A DNA stretch of 58,345 nt, from contig JACPAR010000014.1 of NCBI GenBank assembly GCA_016180725.1, positions 1 through 58,345 of the forward strand, read 5' to 3'. The number at the start of each line of letters is the position of its first letter. The first letter of the stretch is position 1. Origin of the DNA: Candidatus Levyibacteriota bacterium. Lineage in GTDB: Bacteria > Patescibacteriota > Microgenomatia > Levybacterales > UBA12049. Position numbers and translations under genes: made by a program. Shown piece after piece: positions 28,324-37,032 of this stretch. The notes below the pieces were generated by a model that made no database searches, was not told where the DNA came from, and saw nothing but the letters and a program-made list of their open reading frames with translations.

Positions 28324-29096
28324 AGCTGCTTATTGATCTTGCTATTTTAGGAATACTCATTGCTTTTATTGTTTTTCTTATCGATCCGGTAAAACAGCTT
28401 AATAAGGCTAAGGATTCACAAAAAAAACATAATTTAATACAAATAAAAACCGCTCTTGATACTTATTATAATGACCATAATTGTTATCCTAAGTCAACAG
28501 ATTTTACTTTTGGAGGAGAATTCAAAGATTTTTTAAATGCAAGCGTTGTATACATGAAACAAGTGCCGCAGGAGCTAAATTGTCTTGGTAGTAAAACTTA
28601 TTGCTACGCTTATCAAGTTAATGAAGACGCAGATTGTCCTCAATGGAATGTAATTTATACAAAACTTTATGATCCTACGAGCGACAGTTACGCAGCTTGT
28701 CCTTTAACAAAGATGTCAGAGCCTTGCCTTCCTCTAAATTATTTAGAACTTGGTTATAATGGCTGTACATTCTCCGGTAGCATAGACTGTTCTTATATTA
28801 GTTCACATGTTTTGCCGACTCAGCCAATCGTTGTTCCAACTCAAGCGCCAACTGCAGTTATTCCAAGTCCAACTGCCATTCCAACAGAAACACCTCTTCC
28901 TACAAATATATCTATAACCCCTTCGCCTACATTAACTCCAATATTGCCTTTATCTACTATAACACCCCATCCAACAGAAGTATGTTCAAGTTCCCGGAAT
29001 TATGCCTGCACCGGAGGTCCTCCAGCTCGTTGTAACCTTGTTTATCCCGGGACAGGCACATTCTGCAGTTCGAATTGTAATGGAGAATGTTTATGA
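28197..29096 (+). CDS. Pilin-like protein (GspG/PilE-like head) with a Pro/Thr-rich linker and a C-terminal Cys-rich module
   Basis: Contains GFTLVELL with Glu5, then KDSQKKHNLIQIKTALDTYYNDHNCYP, a PT linker (PTQPIVVPTQAPTAV...) and CSSSRNYACTGGPPARCN...CSSNCNGECL. The only in-frame ATG gives a 38-aa leader that overlaps the pilD 3' end. Confidence 0.75.
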   Translation: MEEEKVQRRNCSFWSVSCSRDINKFIFWKNHSRTANAGFTLVELLIDLAILGILIAFIVFLIDPVKQLNKAKDSQKKHNLIQIKTALDTYYNDHNCYPKSTDFTFGGEFKDFLNASVVYMKQVPQELNCLGSKTYCYAYQVNEDADCPQWNVIYTKLYDPTSDSYAACPLTKMSEPCLPLNYLELGYNGCTFSGSIDCSYISSHVLPTQPIVVPTQAPTAVIPSPTAIPTETPLPTNISITPSPTLTPILPLSTITPHPTEVCSSSRNYACTGGPPARCNLVYPGTGTFCSSNCNGECL

Positions 29097-29575
29097 AAAT
29101 AAAATTAAATAAGGGCTTTACACTAATTGAAATGATTGTTGTGTTTGGAATAATTGGAGTAATAGTAGTTTCTCTTATGGGGTCTATAAAGCCCTTAGAA
29201 CAACTTAATAAAGGAAAAGATACGCAAAGATTAAGTGATTTAGCGCAGATTAAAACTGCTTTGGATATCTATTACAATGATCAAAGTAAATATCCCCCAT
29301 CTCTTACTTTTGGCGCGGAATGGAAAGTGAATTCAACTATATATATGAAAAAAGTTCCAAAGGATCCCAACGGTTCATCTTCGTACGTTTACTATATTGA
29401 TGAGTTAAATCCGCAATGGGCGGTTATATTTGCAAAATTATCAAAACCAACCAACTCTTGCGCTTTAACGTCTCTTCCAAATAACTGTCTTCCTGATAAT
29501 TATAATAGCAATTGGTTATGTGTATTGTTAGGAGATGTAGATTGTACTATTATTAAATCAAAGTCATTGCCTTAA
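29093..29575 (+). CDS. Pilin-like protein; paralog 2 of the tandem pilin array
   Basis: MKIKLNKG | FTLIEMIVVFGIIGV, then KDTQRLSDLAQIKTALDIYYNDQSKYP. The ATG at 29093 overlaps the upstream stop (ATGA) and lies 7 nt after GGAG. ATG 29087 is the alternative. Confidence 0.8.
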   Translation: MKIKLNKGFTLIEMIVVFGIIGVIVVSLMGSIKPLEQLNKGKDTQRLSDLAQIKTALDIYYNDQSKYPPSLTFGAEWKVNSTIYMKKVPKDPNGSSSYVYYIDELNPQWAVIFAKLSKPTNSCALTSLPNNCLPDNYNSNWLCVLLGDVDCTIIKSKSLP

Positions 29576-29585
29576 TAAAATTATT

Positions 29586-30098
29586 ATGGAGTACTTAAAA
29601 AATAAAAAAGGGTTTACATTAATTGAACTAATCGTTGTAATTGGTATTATTTCCATTTTATCCGCCGCAATAATTGCGATTATAGATCCGCTTTCACAGT
29701 TTCAAAAAGCAAACGACGCAAGAAGAAAGTCTGACCTTTCCCAAATACAAAAAGTATTGGAACAGTATTATCAGGACAACGGTAGATATCCAGATTATGA
29801 CCTATCTAGCTTTAAGTTAAAGAACTTGGATGGAGATATAGTCGACTGGGGTAGCTCCTGGTCTCCGTATATGGATGTTTTACCTAAAGATCCAAGTGGT
29901 TCAAGAAACTACGTTTATTACAGCGAAAATGGACAATCATATTGGCTTTATGCTAGTCTGGAAAGAGGAGCAAAAGATCCTCAAGCTTGTAGCGGTGGAG
30001 TTTGTCCTAGTCTTGGTAAAAAATCAGGCTTTCCTATAGCAAACAGTTGTGGTCAAACATGTAATTATGGAGTGTCAAGCCCAAATGTATCACCATGA
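29586..30098 (+). CDS. Pilin-like protein (GspG-like); paralog 3
   Basis: MEYLKNKKG | FTLIELIVVIGIISILSA, then NDARRKSDLSQIQKVLEQYYQDNGRYP. Confidence 0.85.
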   Translation: MEYLKNKKGFTLIELIVVIGIISILSAAIIAIIDPLSQFQKANDARRKSDLSQIQKVLEQYYQDNGRYPDYDLSSFKLKNLDGDIVDWGSSWSPYMDVLPKDPSGSRNYVYYSENGQSYWLYASLERGAKDPQACSGGVCPSLGKKSGFPIANSCGQTCNYGVSSPNVSP

Positions 30099-30099
30099 T

Positions 30100-30621
30100 A
30101 TGAAAAGTAGAAAAAGTAGATTAAGTAGTAAAAGTAGAAAATTGAGTTCTATTTTTGGTTTTACTCTTATTGAGCTTTTAATAGTTATTGCCATTATTGG
30201 CGTTCTTTCTGCGCTTTTAATGGTAAATTTTATCGGCATTAGGCAAAGAGCAAGAGATGCACAGAGAAAAGCAAATTTAAGACAAATTCAATCTGCTCTT
30301 GAACTATATAGAGCAGATATCGGAAGTTATCCCGAGTCCTCCTCTGCTAAATTACCGGTAAATTGTCCTCAAGGGGCTTCAACTTACTTGGGCTCATCTG
30401 ACTGCAGTTCAACTTATGTGCAAAAAATTCCCACCGATTTGATGGGAGCTAGTTATTACAATTCCGGTAATTATTACTACTCCAGTAGCGGTACAACATA
30501 TACCTTGGCCGCATGTTTGGAAAATAGTAGCGATAAAGATTCTGAGGTAACAAATACTAATCCGGATGCATCAGTTAGCCCTGCCTGTACAACAGTTTAT
30601 TATGTTCTGCAAAATCCATGA
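30100..30621 (+). CDS. Pilin-like protein; paralog 4, with a long Lys/Ser-rich leader
   Basis: The start at ATG 30100 comes directly after the upstream stop. The leader is MKSRKSRLSSKSRKLSSIFG | FTLIELLIVIAIIGV, followed by RDAQRKANLRQIQSALELYRADIGSYP. Confidence 0.8.
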   Translation: MKSRKSRLSSKSRKLSSIFGFTLIELLIVIAIIGVLSALLMVNFIGIRQRARDAQRKANLRQIQSALELYRADIGSYPESSSAKLPVNCPQGASTYLGSSDCSSTYVQKIPTDLMGASYYNSGNYYYSSSGTTYTLAACLENSSDKDSEVTNTNPDASVSPACTTVYYVLQNP

Positions 30622-31744
30622 GGAAAAATAGAGATGGTTTTACTTTTATAGAGCTTCTTGTTGTTTTATCGATTATTGGTATTTTGTCTGTAGTTGGTAT
30701 TGCTGCTTTTGTTGATTATAGTAGAAAACAGGCATTAAGTACGGCTACTTTAGAATTATCAACTGTTTTACAAGTTGCAAAATCACGTTCTCAATCGCAA
30801 GTTAAGCCAGAATCAGGGTGGCCATGTTCGGTAAATTCTCTTGACGGATATAGAGTAACTATAACATCTGATAAGGATTACAAACTCAGTGCGGTATGCG
30901 CAGGTAACGATCAAACATTGGATACTAAGTCTTTACCAACAAATATTACATTTTCTCAAGATAAACCAACATTTTTCTTTCGGTCAGTTTCCGGAGGAGC
31001 AGACGAAGGCACCATAACCATTTATGGCTATGGGCAAGCAAAGTGCATTGGAGTAACCAGCGCAGCCGTTATATCGTTGGAAACATGCGCTATACCAACA
31101 AGTGTTCCTCCGACTCCAACGGCTATGGGCAAGCAAAGTGCATTGGAGTAACCAGCGCAGCCGTTATATCGTTGGAAACATGCGCTATACCAACAAGTGT
31201 TCCTCCGACTCCAACCCCAACCCCTACCCCAACACTTACTCCTACCCTAACGTTATGTCAGGGGTATAGAGATGAAGACGGTGATACATATGGAGCAGGT
31301 AAAGGAACGGGGTACCAAAACGGAACACTTGTATCGGTAACATGCGCCCAGGGAGGCGGGTTACCGGCGGGATATGCTTCTAGAGCCGGAGACTGCTACG
31401 ATAAAAACGCAAATGCAAAACCTGGAAATAATACATGGCAAACAACTACTCGTGGAACTTCTGTATTGGGTAAAGATTCTGAAAATAATACCTGGAGCTC
31501 CTATGATTATAATTGCGACGGATTAGAAACAAAAGAAACTAGTAGCGTACGTCTTTATCGTACTTATAGTCCATGTGATGATGATTCCGGCAATCAAAAC
31601 TATGCTTGTGAATGGTCGGACGAGACCAATTGGGCATGTGGTGCAAGCGGATATACAGGATGCAGCGATAGCAGGGGTGAATGTAATGGTGCGCACTGGT
31701 CAAGTCCGTCTCGGAGTGGTTATATTACCAATAGATGCTACTAA
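30618..31744 (+). pseudogene. Minor pilin (FimT/GspH-like N-terminal domain) with a PT linker and a Cys-rich MopE-like C-terminal domain, split by a 95-bp tandem duplication
   Basis: MRKNRDG | FTFIELLVVLSIIGIL. ORFs 30618-31151 and 31043-31744 share the duplicated peptide GYGQAKCIGVTSAAVISLETCAIPTSVPPTPT. Deleting one 95-bp copy joins them into a 343-aa ORF. Confidence 0.8.
31026..31215. repeat. Perfect 95-bp tandem duplication (2 x 95 bp)
   Basis: 31026-31120 is identical to 31121-31215 (ggctatgggcaagcaaagtg...cctccgactccaac). Since 95 is not a multiple of 3, it causes a frameshift. Confidence 0.95.
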
Positions 31745-31760
31745 ATAAGTTATATTAAAT

Positions 31761-32207
31761 ATGAAAGGACAAACGTTAATAGAGGTATTAGTGGCACTCG
31801 GTGTAGCAATTGTTTTAATTTTTGCAATTACTATAATTGTTATTAATACATTAAATAACTTGGCAACTCAAATTGCGCAGGAAGGAATGGAGCTAGTTAG
31901 AAAGCAAAAACAATCTAATCAAGCCACATTTAATTCTCTGTCTGGGGATTATTGCTTGGGAAAAGAACAAACAATATTAAGCCCTAAGGTTATAGATTGC
32001 AGCCAGAACGTTGATATTTTTAAGCGTGAGATTAAAATAAATCGATCAGATTTGGGTTCTTGCGATACACCTTCTGCAAACGACGCAAAGGTAATAGTAA
32101 CTGTTTTGTGGTTTGATAATAAATGCACGAGCACCGCTAATCTTTTTTGCCATAATGTAAAACTTATCTCTTGCTTTTCCGATGTTGCAAATATACCAAC
32201 ACCATGA
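31761..32207 (+). CDS. Minor pilin-like protein (PilV-like) with a prepilin-type N-terminus
   Basis: MKG | QTLIEVLVALGVAIVLIFAI, 148 aa, with four or more Cys residues. Confidence 0.65.
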   Translation: MKGQTLIEVLVALGVAIVLIFAITIIVINTLNNLATQIAQEGMELVRKQKQSNQATFNSLSGDYCLGKEQTILSPKVIDCSQNVDIFKREIKINRSDLGSCDTPSANDAKVIVTVLWFDNKCTSTANLFCHNVKLISCFSDVANIPTP

Positions 32208-32752
32208 AAATATTAAATATCAAAAATCAAATATCAAATATTCCAAAAGGGTTTACTCTTATAGAGCTTTTGGCAGCAATAATTGTGCTTATTGCTGTTG
32301 GAACAGTAATAGGAGCAATTCTTTTTTCAACGTTTCGGGGAACAAATAAAACTAATACATTAACCTCTGTTAGACAAAACGGTTATTTTGCAATTGCTCA
32401 AGTATCTAAAATGTTGAGGGGCGCAACAAGATTGGACTATCCTTACCCTTGTCTTACTCCCCAACCATCTTATTCGTCCATAACTTTTACTTCTGCGGAT
32501 GGAGGCCAAACAAAATTTGAATGTAGTGGTTCAACAATAGCCTCAAATAATGCTTCACTTTTGGATACAAGTGCGGTTACTCTTGATTCATGTTATTTTA
32601 CATGTACTCAAGACCGGGCAACGGAATTACCAACAATTGGTATTAATCTTTTCCTTAGACAAAAAATAATAACCTCTCTTACCGATTTTACTGCTTCTGC
32701 AACTGCAATTCCTTTCCAAACGTCTATTATCCTACGCAATATTAATAGATAA
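32204..32752 (+). CDS. Minor pilin-like protein (PilW-like)
   Basis: The ATG at 32204 overlaps the upstream stop (ATGA). The leader is MKILNIKNQISNIPKG | FTLIELLAAIIVLIAVG. Confidence 0.7.
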   Translation: MKILNIKNQISNIPKGFTLIELLAAIIVLIAVGTVIGAILFSTFRGTNKTNTLTSVRQNGYFAIAQVSKMLRGATRLDYPYPCLTPQPSYSSITFTSADGGQTKFECSGSTIASNNASLLDTSAVTLDSCYFTCTQDRATELPTIGINLFLRQKIITSLTDFTASATAIPFQTSIILRNINR

Positions 32753-32839
32753 ATTTGTAAATTAAAGTTAAAGTAGGTTGACAGAGATAGAAATGACTGC
32801 TACGCTATTTATATATAGCTTCTAGAGCTTGTTTTTAGT

Positions 32840-33763
32840 ATGTTTAATAAAAAAAGAATAGATTTTTTTAATTTATTTCAAAGACAGGAAGGACAAGCTC
32901 TTCTAATAGTAGTACTTGTAATGGTTGTTTCCTTAACAGTAGGATTATCTTTGGCATCCAGATCAATAATAAATCTTCGTAATACCGAAGATGAAGAAAG
33001 TTCTCAGCGGGCCTTTTCGGCAGCAGAAGCAGGCGTTGAGCGTGCGTTAAAAGCAAACTGCACAGATACTCAAGGTTGTTCTTTGACGGGAGCTTTTGCC
33101 ACAACAGAAAATAATTCACAATTTTCGGCTATAGCAACTCCAATCTTAGGAGATGAATTTTTATTAAAAGGCGGCAATCCTACTTTAAAAGATGACGGTG
33201 TAGATCTTTGGCTTGTTAATCATAATGCAGATGACTCACTCGATTATGCAAGCGGATGGCAGACTTTAAATGGTGCAAGCCATATAACGTTTTATTGGGG
33301 AAAGTCGTCCGATGTCTGCTCAAACAGTTCTTCAAATACAATGGCGGCGCTTGAAATAATTGCTATTACAGGAACTGCTTCGTCTCCACAGTCCACTCGT
33401 TACTCTGTTGATCCGTGTGATGGCAGACGAACTATAAATAACTTTAGCGATTCGGAAAAAGGCTCACCAGGTCCATATAGTGTTGGAGGAGAGACATTTG
33501 CTTACAAAAAGTCGATTACTATCAATGCTTCCAGTAAGGGTATAGTTGTACGGGTAGTTCCTCTTTATGCAGATGTCAAGATTGCAGTAAAGGGGTGTGA
33601 TACTAACGGTTCTCCATCAAGTTGTACAGCATTACCTTTACAAGGCAGCGCTATTACCTCGACCGGTACATCCGGAGATACGCAGCGCAAAATTGCCTTA
33701 GTTCAAGGATATCCGGAATTACCAGCAGAGTTTTTTCAATATATTTTGTTTGTAACTAAATAA
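32840..33763 (+). CDS. PilX-like pilus assembly protein (non-cleaved hydrophobic N-terminus)
   Basis: 307 aa. GQALLIVVLVMVVSLTVGLSLASRS resembles the PilX_N motif. It sits at the end of the minor pilin array. Confidence 0.6.
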   Translation: MFNKKRIDFFNLFQRQEGQALLIVVLVMVVSLTVGLSLASRSIINLRNTEDEESSQRAFSAAEAGVERALKANCTDTQGCSLTGAFATTENNSQFSAIATPILGDEFLLKGGNPTLKDDGVDLWLVNHNADDSLDYASGWQTLNGASHITFYWGKSSDVCSNSSSNTMAALEIIAITGTASSPQSTRYSVDPCDGRRTINNFSDSEKGSPGPYSVGGETFAYKKSITINASSKGIVVRVVPLYADVKIAVKGCDTNGSPSSCTALPLQGSAITSTGTSGDTQRKIALVQGYPELPAEFFQYILFVTK

Positions 33764-34797
33764 TGAAATACAATCCTTTTGGTCTTGATATCGGCGCAAA
33801 TAGTATTAAAGCTGTTTGGCTTTCCGAACAAAAAAGCGGATATCAATTATTAGCTGCATTAACTCTTCCTACGCCTTCAAAAGGCATGTTGTCTGAGTCT
33901 CCTCTTGATCAAGAAGAGATGGTTCAGGCAATTAAAAAAATCGTAACTGATGGAAAAATTACATCTCAATACGTTAACATTGCGTTGCCTGAGAACCAGG
34001 TGTATACGAGAGTTTTGGAAATGCCAATTCTTTCTGATAAAGAATTATCGTCTGCAATTTATTGGGAAGCAGAACAATATATTCCTGTTCCTCTTCAAAA
34101 TGTAACACTGGATTGGAAGGTTTTACAAAGACCTGCTAATTCTTCCGGGGAAACAAAAATGGAGGTATTTCTTGTTGGTGCGCCAACTTCCCTTATTGAT
34201 AAGTATCAAAAAGTATTAATGATGAGTGGACTTACTATATCTTCTATAGAAACAGAAATTATTTCTATTATAAGAGCTTTGGCAAGTAGTAATAAATTTC
34301 CAAATTCTCTTATTTTAAATATAGGTGCCGTAAGTACGTCTCTTGCCATTATTAAAGAAAATGTAATTGTTTTTACATATTCTATTTCAATTGGAGGTAT
34401 TGCAATTAACCGAGCTATAGCAACTGACTTTGGATTTACAATGTCTCAGGCAGAGGAGTACAAAAGAGCATATGGAATATCGCAAGATACACTGGGCGGT
34501 AAAATTGGCCAGGCAACTGCGCCGGTGATTACTTCAATTGTGGTTGAGGTAAAAAAAGCCCTAGCTCTTTACAACGAAAAATATAAAGATGCAGCTCCAA
34601 TACAACAAATTTTGCTTTGCGGTGGAACAGCAAAGCTTCCCGGTATAGATCTTTTCTTTGCTAAAAATTGTGGAGTTGAAACTGTTATAGCAAATCCTTG
34701 GAATATATTAGCCAGTCAGCAAGTACCTAAAGAAATATTAGATAATGCGGTCGATTATACAATTGCCGTTGGGTTGGCAATGAGAAATTATGAGTGA
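33763..34797 (+). CDS. pilM: Type IV pilus assembly protein PilM (actin-like ATPase fold)
   Basis: 344 aa, with GLDIGANSIKAV, and GGGTAKLPG-like LCGGTAKLPGI. Confidence 0.9.
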   Translation: MKYNPFGLDIGANSIKAVWLSEQKSGYQLLAALTLPTPSKGMLSESPLDQEEMVQAIKKIVTDGKITSQYVNIALPENQVYTRVLEMPILSDKELSSAIYWEAEQYIPVPLQNVTLDWKVLQRPANSSGETKMEVFLVGAPTSLIDKYQKVLMMSGLTISSIETEIISIIRALASSNKFPNSLILNIGAVSTSLAIIKENVIVFTYSISIGGIAINRAIATDFGFTMSQAEEYKRAYGISQDTLGGKIGQATAPVITSIVVEVKKALALYNEKYKDAAPIQQILLCGGTAKLPGIDLFFAKNCGVETVIANPWNILASQQVPKEILDNAVDYTIAVGLAMRNYE

Positions 34798-35323
34798 AAT
34801 TAATTTGCTTCCTCAAAAAAGATACGATCCCGCAAAATCAAGAAATATTTTTTTAATATTTAGAATAATTTCTTTTACTTTACTAATATTATTGTTTATC
34901 TCTTCCATGGTTATTTTTTTCATTAAATTGCAGTCTCCTTTAAATTCTCTCAAGGCAGAAGAAAATATGATTATAGCAAATATAGATTCCATGAAAGAGA
35001 AATCAATAAGAAACTTTATCATTCATGATAGATTGTTAAATATTTCAAAAGTCATTTCTCAAAGAACGTCCTATAATGTATTAGTTAATCAGATTGTTCA
35101 AAATACTCCGGTAAGTGTAAGCATCAATTCTTTTTCCCTTGATAAAAAAGCAGTGTTGTTAACAATTTCATCCTCGTCACTTTCCTCGATTAGTACTTTT
35201 TTAGATAATATGGTGGATTTAACAATAAAGAAAAAATTTTTCTCAAAGATTACTTTAAGTAGTTTGTCTCTTGATGGTAGAAATGGAAAATATTTTCTTT
35301 CAATTGAGGGAACGTTATTATGA
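34790..35323 (+). CDS. pilN: Type IV pilus assembly protein PilN
   Basis: 177 aa. N-terminal INLLP motif followed by a single TM helix. Confidence 0.8.
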   Translation: MSEINLLPQKRYDPAKSRNIFLIFRIISFTLLILLFISSMVIFFIKLQSPLNSLKAEENMIIANIDSMKEKSIRNFIIHDRLLNISKVISQRTSYNVLVNQIVQNTPVSVSINSFSLDKKAVLLTISSSSLSSISTFLDNMVDLTIKKKFFSKITLSSLSLDGRNGKYFLSIEGTLL

Positions 35324-36030
35324 TTAATAGAGAAATTAGTTTTGATGAAACAACGGTAAAGATTTTATTTAATAAGTATAAGATGTTTCTTATGCCTTTA
35401 GGCATAATTCTTATATGCATAATTGTATTTTTTAGTTTCATTGTTCCACAAATACAAGAGTTATCTTCCATGAACGATGAAGTAAAAGCGGTAAAGGAAA
35501 AAATTTTAATATTAAGACAAAATTTAAATCTTTTATCAAACTTAAACAGTGATAATCAAAATATAATGCTGCAAAAAGTCTCAAAAGCTCTGCCTATGGA
35601 AAAAGATTTTATCGGTGTTTTAAATGCAGTTTCGAATGCTTCTATTAATGCAGGTGTTAAATTAGATGATTTTTCATTTGCAGTAGGAGATCTATCTACA
35701 AAATCTACTCAAGTAAATGCAATTCCCTCGTTTAAGTTAGTTGTAACTGTTGATGGTGGAATAGATGGTGCAAGGAGATTTTTGGATGGGCTTTCTGAAT
35801 CTTCGCCTATTTCAGAAGTTCAAACCGTAGATATTTCCAACAGTTCTTCTACGGTTGCGATATCATTTTATTACAGAGTAGTGTCTCCAATAAAAATAGA
35901 TTATATCTCCCCTTTTAAATCTATATCTTCGGAAGAAAAAGCTTTAATTGACAAAATAACAGCTTGGCAGTTAAATATTCCAAATTTTTCTCCAAAAAAT
36001 GCATCTTCAGGCTCAATATTAAAATTATAA
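35320..36030 (+). CDS. pilO: PilO-like pilus assembly protein
   Basis: 236 aa. Single TM helix, a coiled coil, and a position directly after pilN with overlapping stop and start. Confidence 0.6.
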   Translation: MINREISFDETTVKILFNKYKMFLMPLGIILICIIVFFSFIVPQIQELSSMNDEVKAVKEKILILRQNLNLLSNLNSDNQNIMLQKVSKALPMEKDFIGVLNAVSNASINAGVKLDDFSFAVGDLSTKSTQVNAIPSFKLVVTVDGGIDGARRFLDGLSESSPISEVQTVDISNSSSTVAISFYYRVVSPIKIDYISPFKSISSEEKALIDKITAWQLNIPNFSPKNASSGSILKL

Positions 36031-36036
36031 TCAGTA

Positions 36037-36735
36037 TTATTTAAGTAGGTCGGGACGTCTTTCTCCGGTTTTTTTTAAAGCTTTCTTTGCTCTCCACCCT
36101 GCAATTTTTTGATGATTGCCGGAAAGTAAAATATCTGGCACCTTTAAGTTTTTAAACGTTTCAGGTCTGGTATATTGGGGATATTCCAAAATTTGCCCTC
36201 TTTTTCCAGACTGATTTTCGTATTGCTGAAAAGATTCATATTTGTTTGACTCATCTTTCCCTAAGACATTAGGAAGCAAACGCATAATAGCATCCGTAAG
36301 TACCATCGCAGGTATTTCTCCGCCGGTTAGGATATAATCCCCAATAGAAACCTCTAAGTCAACAAGTTCTCTTACTCTTTCATCAAATCCCTCATAATGT
36401 CCGCAGACAAAAATCAAGTGATCCATGCTCGATAAATCAAAGGCTAATTTTTGATTAAATTTTATGCCCTGAGGATCAAGAAGGATAACTTTTTCTTTAC
36501 AGTTTTTACACTTCACATATTCGATTGCTTTACTTAATACGTCAACACGCATAATCATACCCACCCCCCCTCCGTAGGGTTTGTCATCAACAGCCTTATG
36601 TTTTCCAATACCAAAATCGCGAATATTTACAAGTTCAATTGTTATAATTTTTTTCTCCTGAGCGCGTTTAATAATTGATGAATTAAATACGCATGTAAAC
36701 ATTTCGGGGAATAAGGTTAAGATGGTAATTTTCAT
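36037..36735 (-). CDS. trmD: tRNA (guanine37-N1)-methyltransferase
   Basis: 232 aa, with ITILTLFPEMF, DKPYGGGVGM and ILLSGNHQKI..WR. Confidence 0.93.
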   Translation of the reverse strand: MKITILTLFPEMFTCVFNSSIIKRAQEKKIITIELVNIRDFGIGKHKAVDDKPYGGGVGMIMRVDVLSKAIEYVKCKNCKEKVILLDPQGIKFNQKLAFDLSSMDHLIFVCGHYEGFDERVRELVDLEVSIGDYILTGGEIPAMVLTDAIMRLLPNVLGKDESNKYESFQQYENQSGKRGQILEYPQYTRPETFKNLKVPDILLSGNHQKIAGWRAKKALKKTGERRPDLLK

Positions 36736-36782
36736 ATCTTAAATAGAATTTCGGGGAATTTAATTTAAGCTGGTTTTAATTA

Positions 36783-37016
36783 TTAAGATTCTGCTAGTGA
36801 AATATTAATTCTTTTACCTTGTTTTATAGCGGGGATTTTCATAACGTTTCTTATTGCTCTAATTACTTTTCCTTCTTTTCCGATAATTTTCCCCATATCT
36901 TCCGGAGCTAATTTTACTGTAAATTGTATATTGCCGTTTTCCTCTGCTTCGTCAACGATAATCTTATCTGAGTTGTCAACAATTGAAGCAATTATATAAA
37001 AAAGAGCATCTTTCAT
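36783..37016 (-). CDS. KH-domain RNA-binding protein (YlqC-like)
   Basis: 77 aa, with the GKIIGKEGKVIRAIR GXXG motif. Conserved position after rpsP. Confidence 0.85.
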   Translation of the reverse strand: MKDALFYIIASIVDNSDKIIVDEAEENGNIQFTVKLAPEDMGKIIGKEGKVIRAIRNVMKIPAIKQGKRINISLAES

Positions 37017-37032
37017 AAATTTTACAAATCTG

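Noticed and set aside
31026-31215. The 95-bp repeats as a CRISPR array or a diversity-generating retroelement (template/variable repeat pair).
   Set aside because: There are only two directly abutting, perfectly identical copies with no spacer. No cas genes or reverse transcriptase are present, and there are no adenine-specific differences. This is a simple tandem duplication.
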